Assembly (NCBI GenBank): GCA_963749495.1
Contig: CAVVMW010000018.1
Coordinates: forward strand, 256,001-320,000
Direction: 5' to 3'
DNA from: an uncultured bacterium
Lineage (GTDB): Bacteria > Verrucomicrobiota > Verrucomicrobiia > Limisphaerales > UBA8199
DNA length: 64,000 nucleotides
The notes under the pieces are model-generated. The model was not told the DNA's origin, ran no database searches, and saw only the letters and a program-made list of their open reading frames with translations. The position numbers were made by a program, and so were the translations under genes. Positions 21,651 to 31,672 of this stretch are shown piece after piece; the stretch's first letter is position 1; every line of letters starts with the position of its first letter.

Positions 21651-21763
21651 TTCTTGGTTCGGCGCGCGCATTCGTCGAGCATCCTCATCCGTGCCGGCCC
21701 CTTCCAGCAAAATCAATGCGCGGCGAATCGGTCAGTGAAGGCGGCGACGGAGTGCCCGGCGAA

Positions 21764-21909
21764 CCCCTCACCCCGGCCCTCTCCCCTTCCGAAGGGGAGA
21801 GGGAGAAGTGTCGGCAGTCTCTGGGAATTCCAGGCGTCTCGGATTCCTCAAGCCGCTGCCGAGAATCCTCCCTCGCCCCATCCGATGGGGAGAGGGCCGG
21901 GGTGAGGGG
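21764..21909. repeat. REP-like element CCCCTCACCCCGGCCCTCTCCCC..GGGGAGAGGG
   Basis: inverted pair; half copy with shared flanks at 47520-47612. Confidence 0.9.
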
Positions 21910-21948
21910 CGTTGCGGGCAGAGTTCCACCTTGAAAGCGAGAATCGAA

Positions 21949-22239
21949 CTACTCGCGCTGGCGTTGAAAGCTCTGCTCTAAGTGGGCCACGACCTCGGCT
22001 GCGAACAGGAGCTTGCGCTTTCCGGCGAAGCTGACCATGTCCTCAGGAATGATACCCTCCTGGCGCCAGCGGTAGATAGTGTCGCGGTCCACCCCAAAGT
22101 GGCTGGCCAACTGCAGGGCCGTCAGCCGGGTGACCGGGCGGCCCGGCTTGACGGTCAGGGAACCGTCGCCGTGGGGCACGACCACCGGCGGACAGAAGAC
22201 CGTCGAGGTGCGCTGGTCGGGGTTGTCCTTGCGGGTCAT
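21949..22239 (-). CDS. excisionase-like HTH DNA-binding protein
   Basis: LTALQLASHFGVDRDTIYRWRQEGIIP. Confidence 0.8.
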   Translation of the reverse strand: MTRKDNPDQRTSTVFCPPVVVPHGDGSLTVKPGRPVTRLTALQLASHFGVDRDTIYRWRQEGIIPEDMVSFAGKRKLLFAAEVVAHLEQSFQRQRE

Positions 22240-22324
22240 TGGGCCAAAAAGGATAGTCGCCGCGCTGGCGGCGGTCCAGGGCGGGCGCTTCCCGCCACCG
22301 CCCCCGCCGGCTGCGGCGAGATGG

Positions 22325-22436
22325 GAGTGCGCCCGTCCTCGGGCGCAGCGACGTCCGCAGCCAGGGCAGCGGTCAAGTAATCCGGCGCGCCTGCCCGCTC
22401 CGTCGCTGCTGCGCCCGGGGACGGGCGCACTCCGGG
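22325..22436. repeat. REP-like palindrome
   Basis: GAGTGCGCCCGTCCTCGGGCGCAGC / GCTGCGCCCGGGACGGGCGCACTC. Confidence 0.85.
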
Positions 22437-22544
22437 GGCAGTGCCGGGCTGCGCCCGTCCGCGGCCCCGGCGGCGGAATTGGCTTGCGGCTCCGGCTGGT
22501 GTCCGGCTAGTCTTCATCCGTTTACCGGCCCAACGGTAAGACAC

Positions 22545-23123
22545 ATGGTTAGACCAAGTCAAGAAAGAAATCGAACTTTTTCTAACCTCCGAGCGAGGCT
22601 CAAGGAGGCGCGCCTTGCTTTGCGCCTTACCCAGGACCAGCTTGCGGCCAAATGGGGGCTGAAAAGCGGGGGAAACTACATCTGGATGATCGAGGACGGG
22701 CGGAAGCCGTTCCCGCCCAAGCACACGGGGAGGTTAGAGCAGTTAGAACGAGAGGCGGCCGCTCTCTCTGATTCTAACCGTCCGGTCCCGCCTGCCCCCG
22801 CGCCCCAGCCCGCCCCGCCCGCCGACCCCGGGCCTTGGCGGTTCCGGGCCCTGGCCGCCGAGAAGAAACTGGCGGATTTGAGGTCGGGCCTGCAGGCGCT
22901 CCTGGATTTGAGCGGGCCGGGGGCGGAGGCGGGACCGGGCGAGGCGGTTGGTTCTGATAAAGCGCGGATGGCTTCGGCGCTGAGGGCCGCGGTTTCGAGG
23001 ACTCGGCGGCCTTCCGGTTCAAAGCGCGGGCCCATGCCCGGCAAAAGCGGGCCGCCCTCCGGCAGCGGGCCGCGCCCCAGCGGGCCGTCACCCCTTCGAG
23101 TTCAGGATCCAGGATCAAAATAG
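22545..23123 (+). CDS. XRE-family HTH repressor
   Basis: RLKEARLALRLTQDQLAAKWG..YIWMIEDGRKP. Confidence 0.8.
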   Translation: MVRPSQERNRTFSNLRARLKEARLALRLTQDQLAAKWGLKSGGNYIWMIEDGRKPFPPKHTGRLEQLEREAAALSDSNRPVPPAPAPQPAPPADPGPWRFRALAAEKKLADLRSGLQALLDLSGPGAEAGPGEAVGSDKARMASALRAAVSRTRRPSGSKRGPMPGKSGPPSGSGPRPSGPSPLRVQDPGSK

Positions 23124-23170
23124 CTGGTTTCACGCGGAACCGGTTTCGTCGTTCTGATCATATGTCCAGT

Positions 23171-23193
23171 GGTTGGACAAAGCCTGTCCAACC
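23171..23193. promoter_or_regulatory. candidate operator GGTTGGACA-N5-TGTCCAACC before the structural operon
   Basis: perfect 9-bp inverted repeat. Confidence 0.5.
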
Positions 23194-23310
23194 CTCTTAG
23201 TCCCCTGGTCACTTGGTCTTTTAGTCTCCGGGTCGTTTTTTCCGCCGCACAGTCCGCAGAGTCCGCGCTGTCCTTGGACAAGGAGGGAGGGCGGGGCGCA
23301 GACTGCGCGC

Positions 23311-23529
23311 ATGAAAACATTCCTGGACTGGCTGAGCGGCAAGAAGACCTACCTGACGTGCCTGGCGGCGGGCGCGCTCCTCTTCGGGTCGTGGCAAGGC
23401 TGGTGGAAACTCCCCCCGGAGATCTACGCCGCCCTCGCCGCGCTCGCGACCGCGTTCCTGCGCGCCGGAATTTCGAAACTCCAGGGCCCGCAGACCACGC
23501 AGAACACGCCGAATCCGCCAGGCCAATAA
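23311..23529 (+). CDS. small 2-TM membrane protein (holin-like)
   Basis: WLSGKKTYL.. two hydrophobic helices, ..LRAGI; first gene of the operon. Confidence 0.6.
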   Translation: MKTFLDWLSGKKTYLTCLAAGALLFGSWQGWWKLPPEIYAALAALATAFLRAGISKLQGPQTTQNTPNPPGQ

Positions 23530-23562
23530 TCCACAAATCCACAAATCCATCAATCCAATCCT

Positions 23563-24105
23563 ATGTTCCACCGCAAAGACCAAAAGAACCTCCTGCTCAT
23601 TTCCCCACTGCTCGGCGCCGTGGCGCTCAGCGGCTGCTTCACCGGCTGCTCGACCGCGCCCGCTCCGGCCACTAATCCATCAATCCAACAATCCACCAAT
23701 CCGGCGCCTGCCTCCGCCCTGAGCGACCCGATCATTGGCACCAACGGCATCGCAACGCTGTTGGGCGATGGGGCACTGAGCCTCGGGACCAGCTACGCCA
23801 TCAACGCGATCCTGACCCGCAGCCCGCAACACGCCGCGCAGATCAAGGCGGATTTGGCCCTGATCAAGGCCGGCCTGGAATTGCTGCAGACCGACGGCAG
23901 CCCGCCGTCGAGCGCCGCGGTGAACGCGGCGCTCGTGCAGGCCAAGGTGCAATCGGCGGAAGTCCAGAGCCTGGTGGTGCAGTTGGTGGCGCTCTACCAG
24001 GGCAGCGCCCAGGCCGCCGTGGCGCATGGCCTGGCCGAACTGGCTTACGTGCCGGGATTGCTCAACGCCATCCGGAGCGGGATTGCGGCCGGACTGGGGG
24101 AGTAA
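23563..24105 (+). CDS. phage lipoprotein
   Basis: lipobox LSGC/FTGC followed by a helical domain. Confidence 0.65.
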   Translation: MFHRKDQKNLLLISPLLGAVALSGCFTGCSTAPAPATNPSIQQSTNPAPASALSDPIIGTNGIATLLGDGALSLGTSYAINAILTRSPQHAAQIKADLALIKAGLELLQTDGSPPSSAAVNAALVQAKVQSAEVQSLVVQLVALYQGSAQAAVAHGLAELAYVPGLLNAIRSGIAAGLGE

Positions 24106-24159
24106 AGGCTAAAGGCTAAAGGCTAAAGGCCTGCCTGCCGGCAGGCAGGCCAACTCGCT

Positions 24160-24360
24160 ATGATTCTCGATCTGATCACCAACCTTCTTGGCGCCATTAA
24201 GGCCGTCTTCGGTTTCACCAAACAGCGGGACGCCGAGAAAAATTCGCCCGCGATGGTCGAGGCCAAGACCGCGCAGAACGAGCAGAACGCCGAGGACAAA
24301 ACGCGCCGCGCCATCGCGGGCGGCAATATCCAGGAGGAACGACGTGAACTGGCTGAATGA
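24160..24360 (+). CDS. small phage protein (i-spanin-like position)
   Basis: hydrophobic N-terminus plus coiled coil, upstream of a lipoprotein. Confidence 0.5.
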   Translation: MILDLITNLLGAIKAVFGFTKQRDAEKNSPAMVEAKTAQNEQNAEDKTRRAIAGGNIQEERRELAE

Positions 24361-24385
24361 GAAAAGGCTAAAGGCTAAAGGCTAA

Positions 24386-24772
24386 ATGAAAACAAAGATA
24401 CACCATCATCACCCATTGCGTCCTTTCCGTCCTTTAGCCTTTAGCCTTCAGCCTTTAGCCTTTTCTTTGCTCCTTTCCTGCACCGTCGCTCCCAAGCCCA
24501 TCGTGAACACGCAGCCCTCTTTCGATGGCAACGAGCCCAACAGCGGCCTCATCTGTCTCGACGCCCAGGGCAACGGCGTCATCACGCCCCACGCGCGCGA
24601 GCGCTACAACAGTCTCATGGCCGCGTATGGCGGCAGATTTTCGCCCCCGGTCAAACCGGGCGAGGGCCTGGCGCCCACGGCCACCAACACCTTCCTGCTG
24701 GACCGGCAGCACCGCTTCTATTTCGAAACGGCCGCCCGCTGGCAGCGGCAAGACCACGGAGGCGCGCGATGA
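24386..24772 (+). CDS. phage lipoprotein (o-spanin-like position)
   Basis: LLLSC lipobox. Confidence 0.6.
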   Translation: MKTKIHHHHPLRPFRPLAFSLQPLAFSLLLSCTVAPKPIVNTQPSFDGNEPNSGLICLDAQGNGVITPHARERYNSLMAAYGGRFSPPVKPGEGLAPTATNTFLLDRQHRFYFETAARWQRQDHGGAR

Positions 24773-25209
24773 TCGCGGCATTGTTCGATCCGGGCAGCTA
24801 CCAATCCATCGGCTGGATACTGGTGAGCCTCTTTGCGCTCGTGGCCGGGCTCAACCAGGTGCTGCGGTTCTATGACCGGCTCAAGGACAAGCCGGCGCCG
24901 GCGGACCTCAAGAAGGCCGCGGCCGAGAAATTCGTGCGGCGCGAGGATTGCCTCCGCATGCACGGCCAGCTCGAGGCCCAGTTCGCCCTGGTCGGGCAGC
25001 AGCGCGCCGATGACGCCAAAGACGCCGTCGGCAGCCGCAAAGGGATCTACGAGCAGATCGCGATGGTGCGCGCCGAGATGGTGCAAATGGAGCGCCGGCT
25101 CAACGAGGACAGCGAGACGCGCCAGGAAAAGGTCCATGCCCGGGTGGACGAGGTCCTGCGGGCGGTGAGCCGGGTCGAGGGCAAGCTCGAGGCAAAGGCT
25201 GAAGGCTAA
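24769..25209 (+). CDS. membrane-anchored coiled-coil protein (Mu gp25-like position)
   Basis: N-terminal TM, FVRREDC, coiled coil ending RVEGKLE. Confidence 0.6.
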   Translation: MIAALFDPGSYQSIGWILVSLFALVAGLNQVLRFYDRLKDKPAPADLKKAAAEKFVRREDCLRMHGQLEAQFALVGQQRADDAKDAVGSRKGIYEQIAMVRAEMVQMERRLNEDSETRQEKVHARVDEVLRAVSRVEGKLEAKAEG

Positions 25210-25306
25210 AGGCTAAAGGCTAAAGTGAAGACAAAAACACCACCGTCCCTTAAGTCGCTTATGTCCCTTAAGTCCCTTAAGTCCCTTCCCAACACCGAGT
25301 ACTGAG

Positions 25307-25582
25307 ATGAGCGAACGACAACAACGGATTGTGACCGCGATTCTCCGCTTCCTGGACAAGCTGGACGGGATCCAGGCGGTCGAGCCGCTGATTCACGCGG
25401 CGGCCCAGACCTGGCTGCGCAACGCGGGCGAGCCGGCGCCGGCGCTGGCCGAGTTCAACGACGCCCTGCGGCTCTGCAACCAGCGCGGGTGGGTGACCGG
25501 CGTGGCCGCCCGGGTCACCAACCAGATGAAGTGGTCGCTGAGCGACGAGGGCCGGGCCGCCCTGGCAGAACTGAAAGGCTAA
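25307..25582 (+). CDS. small wHTH-like protein (Mu gp26-like position)
   Basis: 91 aa, ends WSLSDEGRAAL. Confidence 0.55.
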   Translation: MSERQQRIVTAILRFLDKLDGIQAVEPLIHAAAQTWLRNAGEPAPALAEFNDALRLCNQRGWVTGVAARVTNQMKWSLSDEGRAALAELKG

Positions 25583-25585
25583 AGA

Positions 25586-27323
25586 ATGACCCAGCACATA
25601 CCAGAGTGGCGGAAGCAGGCGAAGGCGGGCGTGAGCCTGGCTGCCGCCAGGGCCCAGGCCGCCCCCGCGTTGTCTTCCACCAGTCCACCAATCCACCAAT
25701 CCACCAATCCCACGCCGGCTTTGCCGGCGGGCCTGAGCCGGAGCCTGGCCAAGATCCTCCGGCCCCAGGCGGCGTATCGCTGGCTGCTGCCGCAACTGGC
25801 GGCCATCACCCCGATGTACATCGAGATGGTCCTGCGCGGCGCCATGGCCGGCAACCATGTCCAGGCCTGGGAACTCTTCGACCTCATGGAGGACACCTCC
25901 CCGCGCCTCATGAAAAACCTCAACGAGGTCAAGCGCGCCGTCGTGGCCATGGACTGGAAGCTCTGGCCTTACCAGGAGGAGGACCAACCCCCCAGCGACC
26001 GCGCCAAGGAAAAGGCGTCCCTCGTCAGCGCCGCCCTCCGCACCATGCGCCCCTGCGCCACCGCGGACGAAAACGACTTCAGCGGCACAATCTATGACGT
26101 GCTCGATGCCTGGGCCAAAGGCCAGGCGGTGCTCGAGGTGGACTGGGAATCCCGACGCGTCGGGACCGCCGCGCTTGGCCGGATCATCGCCCCCCGCGCC
26201 ACTTACTGGGTACACCCCACCTGCGTGGCCTGGTCCATGACCGGCGAGCTCGGCCTGAGGCTCGAAATCATGCGGCCCCAGACCAGTCAGACCGGTCAGA
26301 CTGGCCGGACCGGCCGGACCAACTACACCCTGACCCCCGGCGTCTGGCAGTCCACCACCCTCCAACCCCTTCCCAGCGCCGTCGGCCAGTTCCCAGACCA
26401 CAAGTTCCTCATCTCCATCTGCAAGGCCAAGTCCGGCACCGCCCTGGGCGGCGCCTTGCTCCGGCCCCTGGCCTGGTGGTGGTGCGCCGCTAACTTCTCC
26501 GCCGATTGGCTGCTGGACCTTGCGCAGATCTGGCAACTCCCCTTCCGCTGGGCGAACTATGACCCCAGCGCGCCCCAGGCCACCGTGGATGCCATCTGCA
26601 ACATGCTCCAGGACATGGGCCGCAATGCCTGGGCCGCCTTCCCCGCCGGCACCACCATCGAGGCTCAAAGAGTCCAACCAGCGCGCCGGCAATGGGCCCG
26701 CAGACAACATGCTCGACCGCGCCGAAAAGCAGATGGACCTGCTCATCCTCGGCCAGACCCTCACCACCGATGTCTCGCCCTCCGGGGGCAGCCGCGCCTT
26801 GGGCGAGGTCCATGCCGGCGTCAAGCGCGAGATGGTTCAAGCCGCCGGAAACTTCGCCGCAGGCATCCTCAACTCCCAACTCATCAGGAGCATCCTGCTC
26901 CTCAATTACCGCGAGGACACCGAGCCGCCACGTTTGGCGCCCGTGCCCAAGAAAGCTGAAGATGTTGCTGCCAACGCGACGCGCGACAAGACGCTGCTGG
27001 ATGCCGGTGTGCGGATGCCAAAGGCCTGGTTCTTCAAGCGCCACGACATACCGCTGCCGCAGGAAGGTGAGGAAACGGTCGGTCAGTCCACGGTCCACAG
27101 TCCATCCACCCTCCGTAGCAGGGCTACTGCGCCCGTCCTCCGTAGCAGTGCTACTGCGGAGGGAGGAGAGGACGGGCAGTCCACAGTCCCCCCGTCCGAC
27201 GCCGCGCAGCAATCGCTGCAGCCGGACCGGGGCGACGGTTCCCAGCCGCCGGACAAGCTGGAGAGCAAAACCACCTTCGTCCACGGGTTGGCCGGCGAAA
27301 ACGCCAAAGCGCTGAAACGCTGA
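25586..27323 (+). CDS. portal protein (DUF935 / Mu gp29-like); apparent frameshift near 26662
   Basis: ELFDLMED, RAVVAMDW, DAWAKGQAVLEVDW, LLRPLAW; second frame LILGQTLTT..GSRALGEVH. Confidence 0.88.
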
Positions 27324-27368
27324 AATCCACTAATCCAATAATCCACTAATCCATCAATCCAATCTCGT

Positions 27369-30300
27369 ATGAGCGCAAAATGTGAGCACATGAACGAGGA
27401 CGGCACCTTCAAAGGCGGCTTCGATGGCTGCGTATTGCACATGCGGACCTGCGAAGGCCACTCCGAGGAGAGCGCCAGGAAAATCTGCGGCAAAATCGCC
27501 CAGCAGGTCGCAGGCAAGGATCCGTCCCATCAATCCACCAATCCACCAATCCATCAATCCGGCCTCGGCCCTCCTCTCCAGGCGCGGCTGAGCGTCGCGG
27601 CGCCGGTGGACGCCGACCGCGACTTCATGGTCCTGCCTGCCGGCGAGCACCAATGCACCTTCTCCCAGGGTGGCCGGCCGGTAGTGCGGCGGGTGAACAT
27701 CACCCCCGAGAGCGCCGCCGCGCTCCAGGAACAGCTCGATGCCGTCCAGGCCCGGAGCGCACTCAAACCCTTCTTTGACTTCGATCACGATGACCGCGCC
27801 GCCAGCGCCTGGCCCACAAGATTCTACTGGCACGCCGGCGACAAGCCCGGCCTGCCTGGCCGGCAGGCAGGCGTCTATGCCAGCGCCCAGCGCAGCGAGC
27901 CCGGCCGCGCCGCCATCGCCGGCAAGGCCTACCAGGCCTTCTCCATGGTCTTTCACGTGGACCACGACGAGCCGGCCAAAGTGGTGAGCAACCCGGACGC
28001 CGACCTCAACTTCGGCGGCCTGGTGAACGACCCCGCGTTCCACAGCATCGCACCCATCGAGGGCAAATCGCCCAGTCAGACTGGCCCGCCTCGCTCGCGC
28101 TCCGGCGCGGCGGGTCCGACCAGTCCGACCAGTCCGACTGATCCCCTCGAGGCCGGCGATTTGCCTGGCCACCCGTTCCGAGGCAATCAGTATGCGTCGG
28201 GTGAAGGCGCAGGCGGCGAACACAACAAGGCCAGCGCCAAGGCCGCCCAGGCCAGCGCCGCCGCCAAGGAGAGCGGTGATGCCAAAGCCCACACCAAGGC
28301 CGCCAAGGCCCACGCCCACGCCGCCCGCCTCCATGAAAAAGAGGGCAATGACGAGCAGGCGGATTATCACCGCGCCATGGCCCAGTTCCACACCAAGGCC
28401 GCCGCCAAAGCCGCCGGCCAGGCCCGCGCCGAGCGCGGCGCCGATGAGCGCGAGGGCGCCCAGGGCGCTCGCGAGCGCAAGCACCTCAAGAAGCTCAAGA
28501 GCAAATCAGTCCACCCGCCTGCCGATCGGCGGGCAGGCAGTCCAGAGTCCACAGTCCAGAGCCAGGAACCGCTCGGAGCCAGGGGCTACGTCGAGAGCGA
28601 CGAACTCGAGGGCTGCACGACCGCGTGCCGCTCCGCCCTCGCCAATTGCGATGACCTGGACGACGAGACCAAAGCCACGCTCGTTGTTGCCATGTTCGCC
28701 TGCGGCCTGATGCGTGATAACCCCCGGGATGAAGGCGCCGCCAGTGTGTGCGCCCAGGAGTGCTCCGAGGCCGCCGCCGCCTGCCGCGCCTGCGGCTGCG
28801 AGCATTGCCTGGCCTGCGCCGCCGCGTGTGACTCCTGTGCTGAGGAGTGCCGCGAATTAACAGAAGGAAACAAAGGGAACGAAGAAAACCAAGAGGAGAT
28901 TGCCGGCTCCGCCTCGCGCTTGCCGTCCGCCCCTCGCCCCTCGCCCCTCGCCCCTCGCCCGTCAACCCTTTCCGCCTCCGCTCGTGCGGGTGCGGATGCA
29001 GCAAATCAAACATCAACAAGAGAGAATCATATGCAAGAAACGCTGGCCGATTTGCAGGCCAAATACGACAAGCTCAAGGCCGACGTCGCCGGATTGCAGG
29101 CCGCAAACAAGGCCGGCAATGCCGACGCCATCGCCGCCAAACAATCGCAGATGGAAGTCCTGGAGGCGCGCATGGCCGCCGCCCGCGCCGAACAGGAGAA
29201 CGCCGATCTGCGCAACCAAATGAAAGCCAACCGCGAGGCCGCCGCCGAACGCGAGGTGGACGACGCCGTGCGGACCGGCCGCATCGCCGCCAAGGACGCC
29301 GAAGGCCGGGCCAGGTGGAAGGGCCTGCTCGTGGCCGACCCGTCCAACCTGGTCGCCCTGCAGGCCATCCAGCCCAACGCCGCCCTGGGGGAGAGTTTCA
29401 CCCGAGGCGCGACCGCCGCCGCCGGCATGGCCCGCCTGGAGGCCCGCGAAGGCCCCGCGCGCGTCCTCAAGGCCTACGCCGCGCTCGAAGCCAAAAACAC
29501 CGGTGTCCACGACCTCTCCGTCATCGGCTTCAAACAAAAGGGCGACCACGCCCGCGAGATGGCCGCGCTCTACGCGCGCGACATCATGCCCCGCTGGAAC
29601 GAATTCCGCGACATGCCCCTCATGGCAGCCGACGTCACCGATACCAACCTCGGCACGCTCAGCGGCACGCTGGTGGCCCAGCGCACCTTGCAACTGTTCA
29701 AACTCGCCTTCCCCGTCATCAGCCGTGTCTTCACGGACTTCTCGGACACGCCCGTCCAGTTCAAGCAGACCGAGGCCACGCGCATCGTCATCGTGCCCGC
29801 CGTCCAGACTTACAGCACTGCCGCCGACTCGAGCGGCCGGCCCCAGGGCTGGGTTGTGCAGAGCGCCGCCCAGACCAAGGACGTCCTCATCACGCTCGAC
29901 GAGCACATCGGCATCCCCATCGTTTTCGATGCCAACACCCTCGCCAGCACCATCCGCCGCCTCTTCGATGAGCAGGCCCCGGCCGCCTCCTACGCCCTGG
30001 CCAAATACTTCGTCGAGAAGATCTACAAACTCTTCACGCTGGCCAACTACAACGCCTACGCGGCAATCAACGGCGCCTTGGTCCCCGCCGCCTACGCCAG
30101 CTACCCGGTCGGCCTCAACGACTTCGCCCGCTCCACGCTGGCCAAGATCGCGGCCATCTTCAACCCGAACCTGGTCCCGATCAGCGACCGCATCGTCCTG
30201 CTCCGCAGCGACTATTACGAGCAACTCGCCACCGACCCCAGCCTCGTGACATTCTTCGCCGGCCAGCAGAAGCCCGAGATCGTCACCGAAAACGCGCTCC

Positions 30301-30614
30301 CCAAACTCGCCGGCTTCGAACCCATCGAGGCCCCGAACCTCGGCGCGCCCAACGTCACCGCCAACCTGGCGGGCATGGCCCTCCACAAGGCCGCTGTCAT
30401 CGCCAAGAGCCGCCTGAGCAACGACTACACCCAGGCCCTGCCCGGCAGTTCCTACGGCTCGGTCACCACCATCACGGACCCCGACATCGGGATCTCGGTG
30501 GTCCTGGTGCAGTACGTCAACCACACCGGCGGCTACGCCGAATGGCGCATCCAGGTCATGCTCGGCGCCGCTGTCGGCGACAACCGCGGCGGGCTGTGCA
30601 TCGTGTCGTCCTAA
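27369..30614 (+). CDS. fused prohead protease / Cys-rich insert / scaffold / major capsid protein (likely internal start at 29031)
   Basis: Mu I-like FDFDH..ASAW..YQAFSMVF..GLVNDPAF; coiled-coil scaffold; capsid-like C-terminal ~330 aa. Confidence 0.8.
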   Translation: MSAKCEHMNEDGTFKGGFDGCVLHMRTCEGHSEESARKICGKIAQQVAGKDPSHQSTNPPIHQSGLGPPLQARLSVAAPVDADRDFMVLPAGEHQCTFSQGGRPVVRRVNITPESAAALQEQLDAVQARSALKPFFDFDHDDRAASAWPTRFYWHAGDKPGLPGRQAGVYASAQRSEPGRAAIAGKAYQAFSMVFHVDHDEPAKVVSNPDADLNFGGLVNDPAFHSIAPIEGKSPSQTGPPRSRSGAAGPTSPTSPTDPLEAGDLPGHPFRGNQYASGEGAGGEHNKASAKAAQASAAAKESGDAKAHTKAAKAHAHAARLHEKEGNDEQADYHRAMAQFHTKAAAKAAGQARAERGADEREGAQGARERKHLKKLKSKSVHPPADRRAGSPESTVQSQEPLGARGYVESDELEGCTTACRSALANCDDLDDETKATLVVAMFACGLMRDNPRDEGAASVCAQECSEAAAACRACGCEHCLACAAACDSCAEECRELTEGNKGNEENQEEIAGSASRLPSAPRPSPLAPRPSTLSASARAGADAANQTSTRENHMQETLADLQAKYDKLKADVAGLQAANKAGNADAIAAKQSQMEVLEARMAAARAEQENADLRNQMKANREAAAEREVDDAVRTGRIAAKDAEGRARWKGLLVADPSNLVALQAIQPNAALGESFTRGATAAAGMARLEAREGPARVLKAYAALEAKNTGVHDLSVIGFKQKGDHAREMAALYARDIMPRWNEFRDMPLMAADVTDTNLGTLSGTLVAQRTLQLFKLAFPVISRVFTDFSDTPVQFKQTEATRIVIVPAVQTYSTAADSSGRPQGWVVQSAAQTKDVLITLDEHIGIPIVFDANTLASTIRRLFDEQAPAASYALAKYFVEKIYKLFTLANYNAYAAINGALVPAAYASYPVGLNDFARSTLAKIAAIFNPNLVPISDRIVLLRSDYYEQLATDPSLVTFFAGQQKPEIVTENALPKLAGFEPIEAPNLGAPNVTANLAGMALHKAAVIAKSRLSNDYTQALPGSSYGSVTTITDPDIGISVVLVQYVNHTGGYAEWRIQVMLGAAVGDNRGGLCIVSS

Positions 30615-30707
30615 AGGTTCACCGGTTCACCGTTCAGGGTTCCCGGTTAACGCCGAACCCTGAACCCTGAACCAAATAATCCATCAATCCACTAATCCAC
30701 TAATCCA

Positions 30708-31466
30708 ATGAAGAAAGTTCTCGACATCATCAAGCAGGCGCTCGCAGCCCTGGCGGAGGTCAAGTCCGCCGGCCCGCGCGCCGATTCCATCAAGGCGCAC
30801 CTCGAGTCCTGCGCCTCAAACGCCCAGGCCGAACTGGACGACGCCGCCAAAGCGGGCCGTGCCGCGCCGGAGCCGAAGGCGAAGGCGGGCTACGGCCTGC
30901 TCAAGCTCCTGGCCGCCATGGCTGTAGTCTGCGTGTTCTGCGTGTTCTGCGGGCTCACCCGCATCCGCGCCGAGACCTTCAACACGACCAACGTGTTGAG
31001 CAACACCAACCAGGTGCAAATGTGGCCGACCAACACGCCCGGCCAAGGCACCGGCACCCCCATCAGCATCCTCAACCAGGACCGCGTCGGCTTCTACTTT
31101 GGCGCGTATGTCGCGACCAACGGGAACCAGTACAGTTCCAACGTCATCGTCACCATCCTGCACGGTTGGGGCAGTTCGCCGCCGCAGAGCGCGTTGCGCT
31201 ACGGCACCAACCTCCTTTCCAACAACACGACCAACCTGGCCTACATGGAGTGGGAGTCGCCGAGCAACTCCACGGCCATGACCCTGACCATTCCGATCCC
31301 CGTGATGACGAACTACTTCGCATGGTTCACCAACTTGGAACCGCCTTTTGTTGCAGGCGCCAATTGGCTCGGCATCTACTCGCTGACCCCCATGGGCAGC
31401 AACGTGTTCATGACCAACGTCGTCATGGGCCTCAACAAGAAGATCATCCCGATTCGCTACCCGTAG
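30708..31466 (+). CDS. phage protein with internal signal-like segment and Asn/Thr-rich beta domain
   Basis: position after capsid; LLAAMAVVCVFCVFCG..IRA|ET. Confidence 0.6.
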   Translation: MKKVLDIIKQALAALAEVKSAGPRADSIKAHLESCASNAQAELDDAAKAGRAAPEPKAKAGYGLLKLLAAMAVVCVFCVFCGLTRIRAETFNTTNVLSNTNQVQMWPTNTPGQGTGTPISILNQDRVGFYFGAYVATNGNQYSSNVIVTILHGWGSSPPQSALRYGTNLLSNNTTNLAYMEWESPSNSTAMTLTIPIPVMTNYFAWFTNLEPPFVAGANWLGIYSLTPMGSNVFMTNVVMGLNKKIIPIRYP

Positions 31467-31490
31467 CCGGGTAGCAGCATGAGGGAACGA

Positions 31491-31531
31491 GCCGGTCGGC
31501 GGCCTTTCGGGGTTGTTCACCGCCGGCCGGC
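31491..31531 (+). terminator. GC-rich hairpin, possible terminator
   Basis: GCCGGTCGGCGG..CCGCCGGCCGGC; lacks a clear U tract. Confidence 0.3.
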
Positions 31532-31672
31532 GATTCCAGAAAGGCTAAAGGCTAAAGGCTAAAGTGAAGAAAGAGACACGCAATCGCCGTCCCTTATGTC
31601 CCTTACGTCCCTTATGTCGCTTATGTCTTTTCTGGCCTTTAGCCTTTAATTCAGCCTTCAGCCTTTAGCCCT

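Noticed and set aside
26655..26670. Programmed frameshift in the portal
   Set aside because: No slippery heptamer; it looks like the other probable indel errors.
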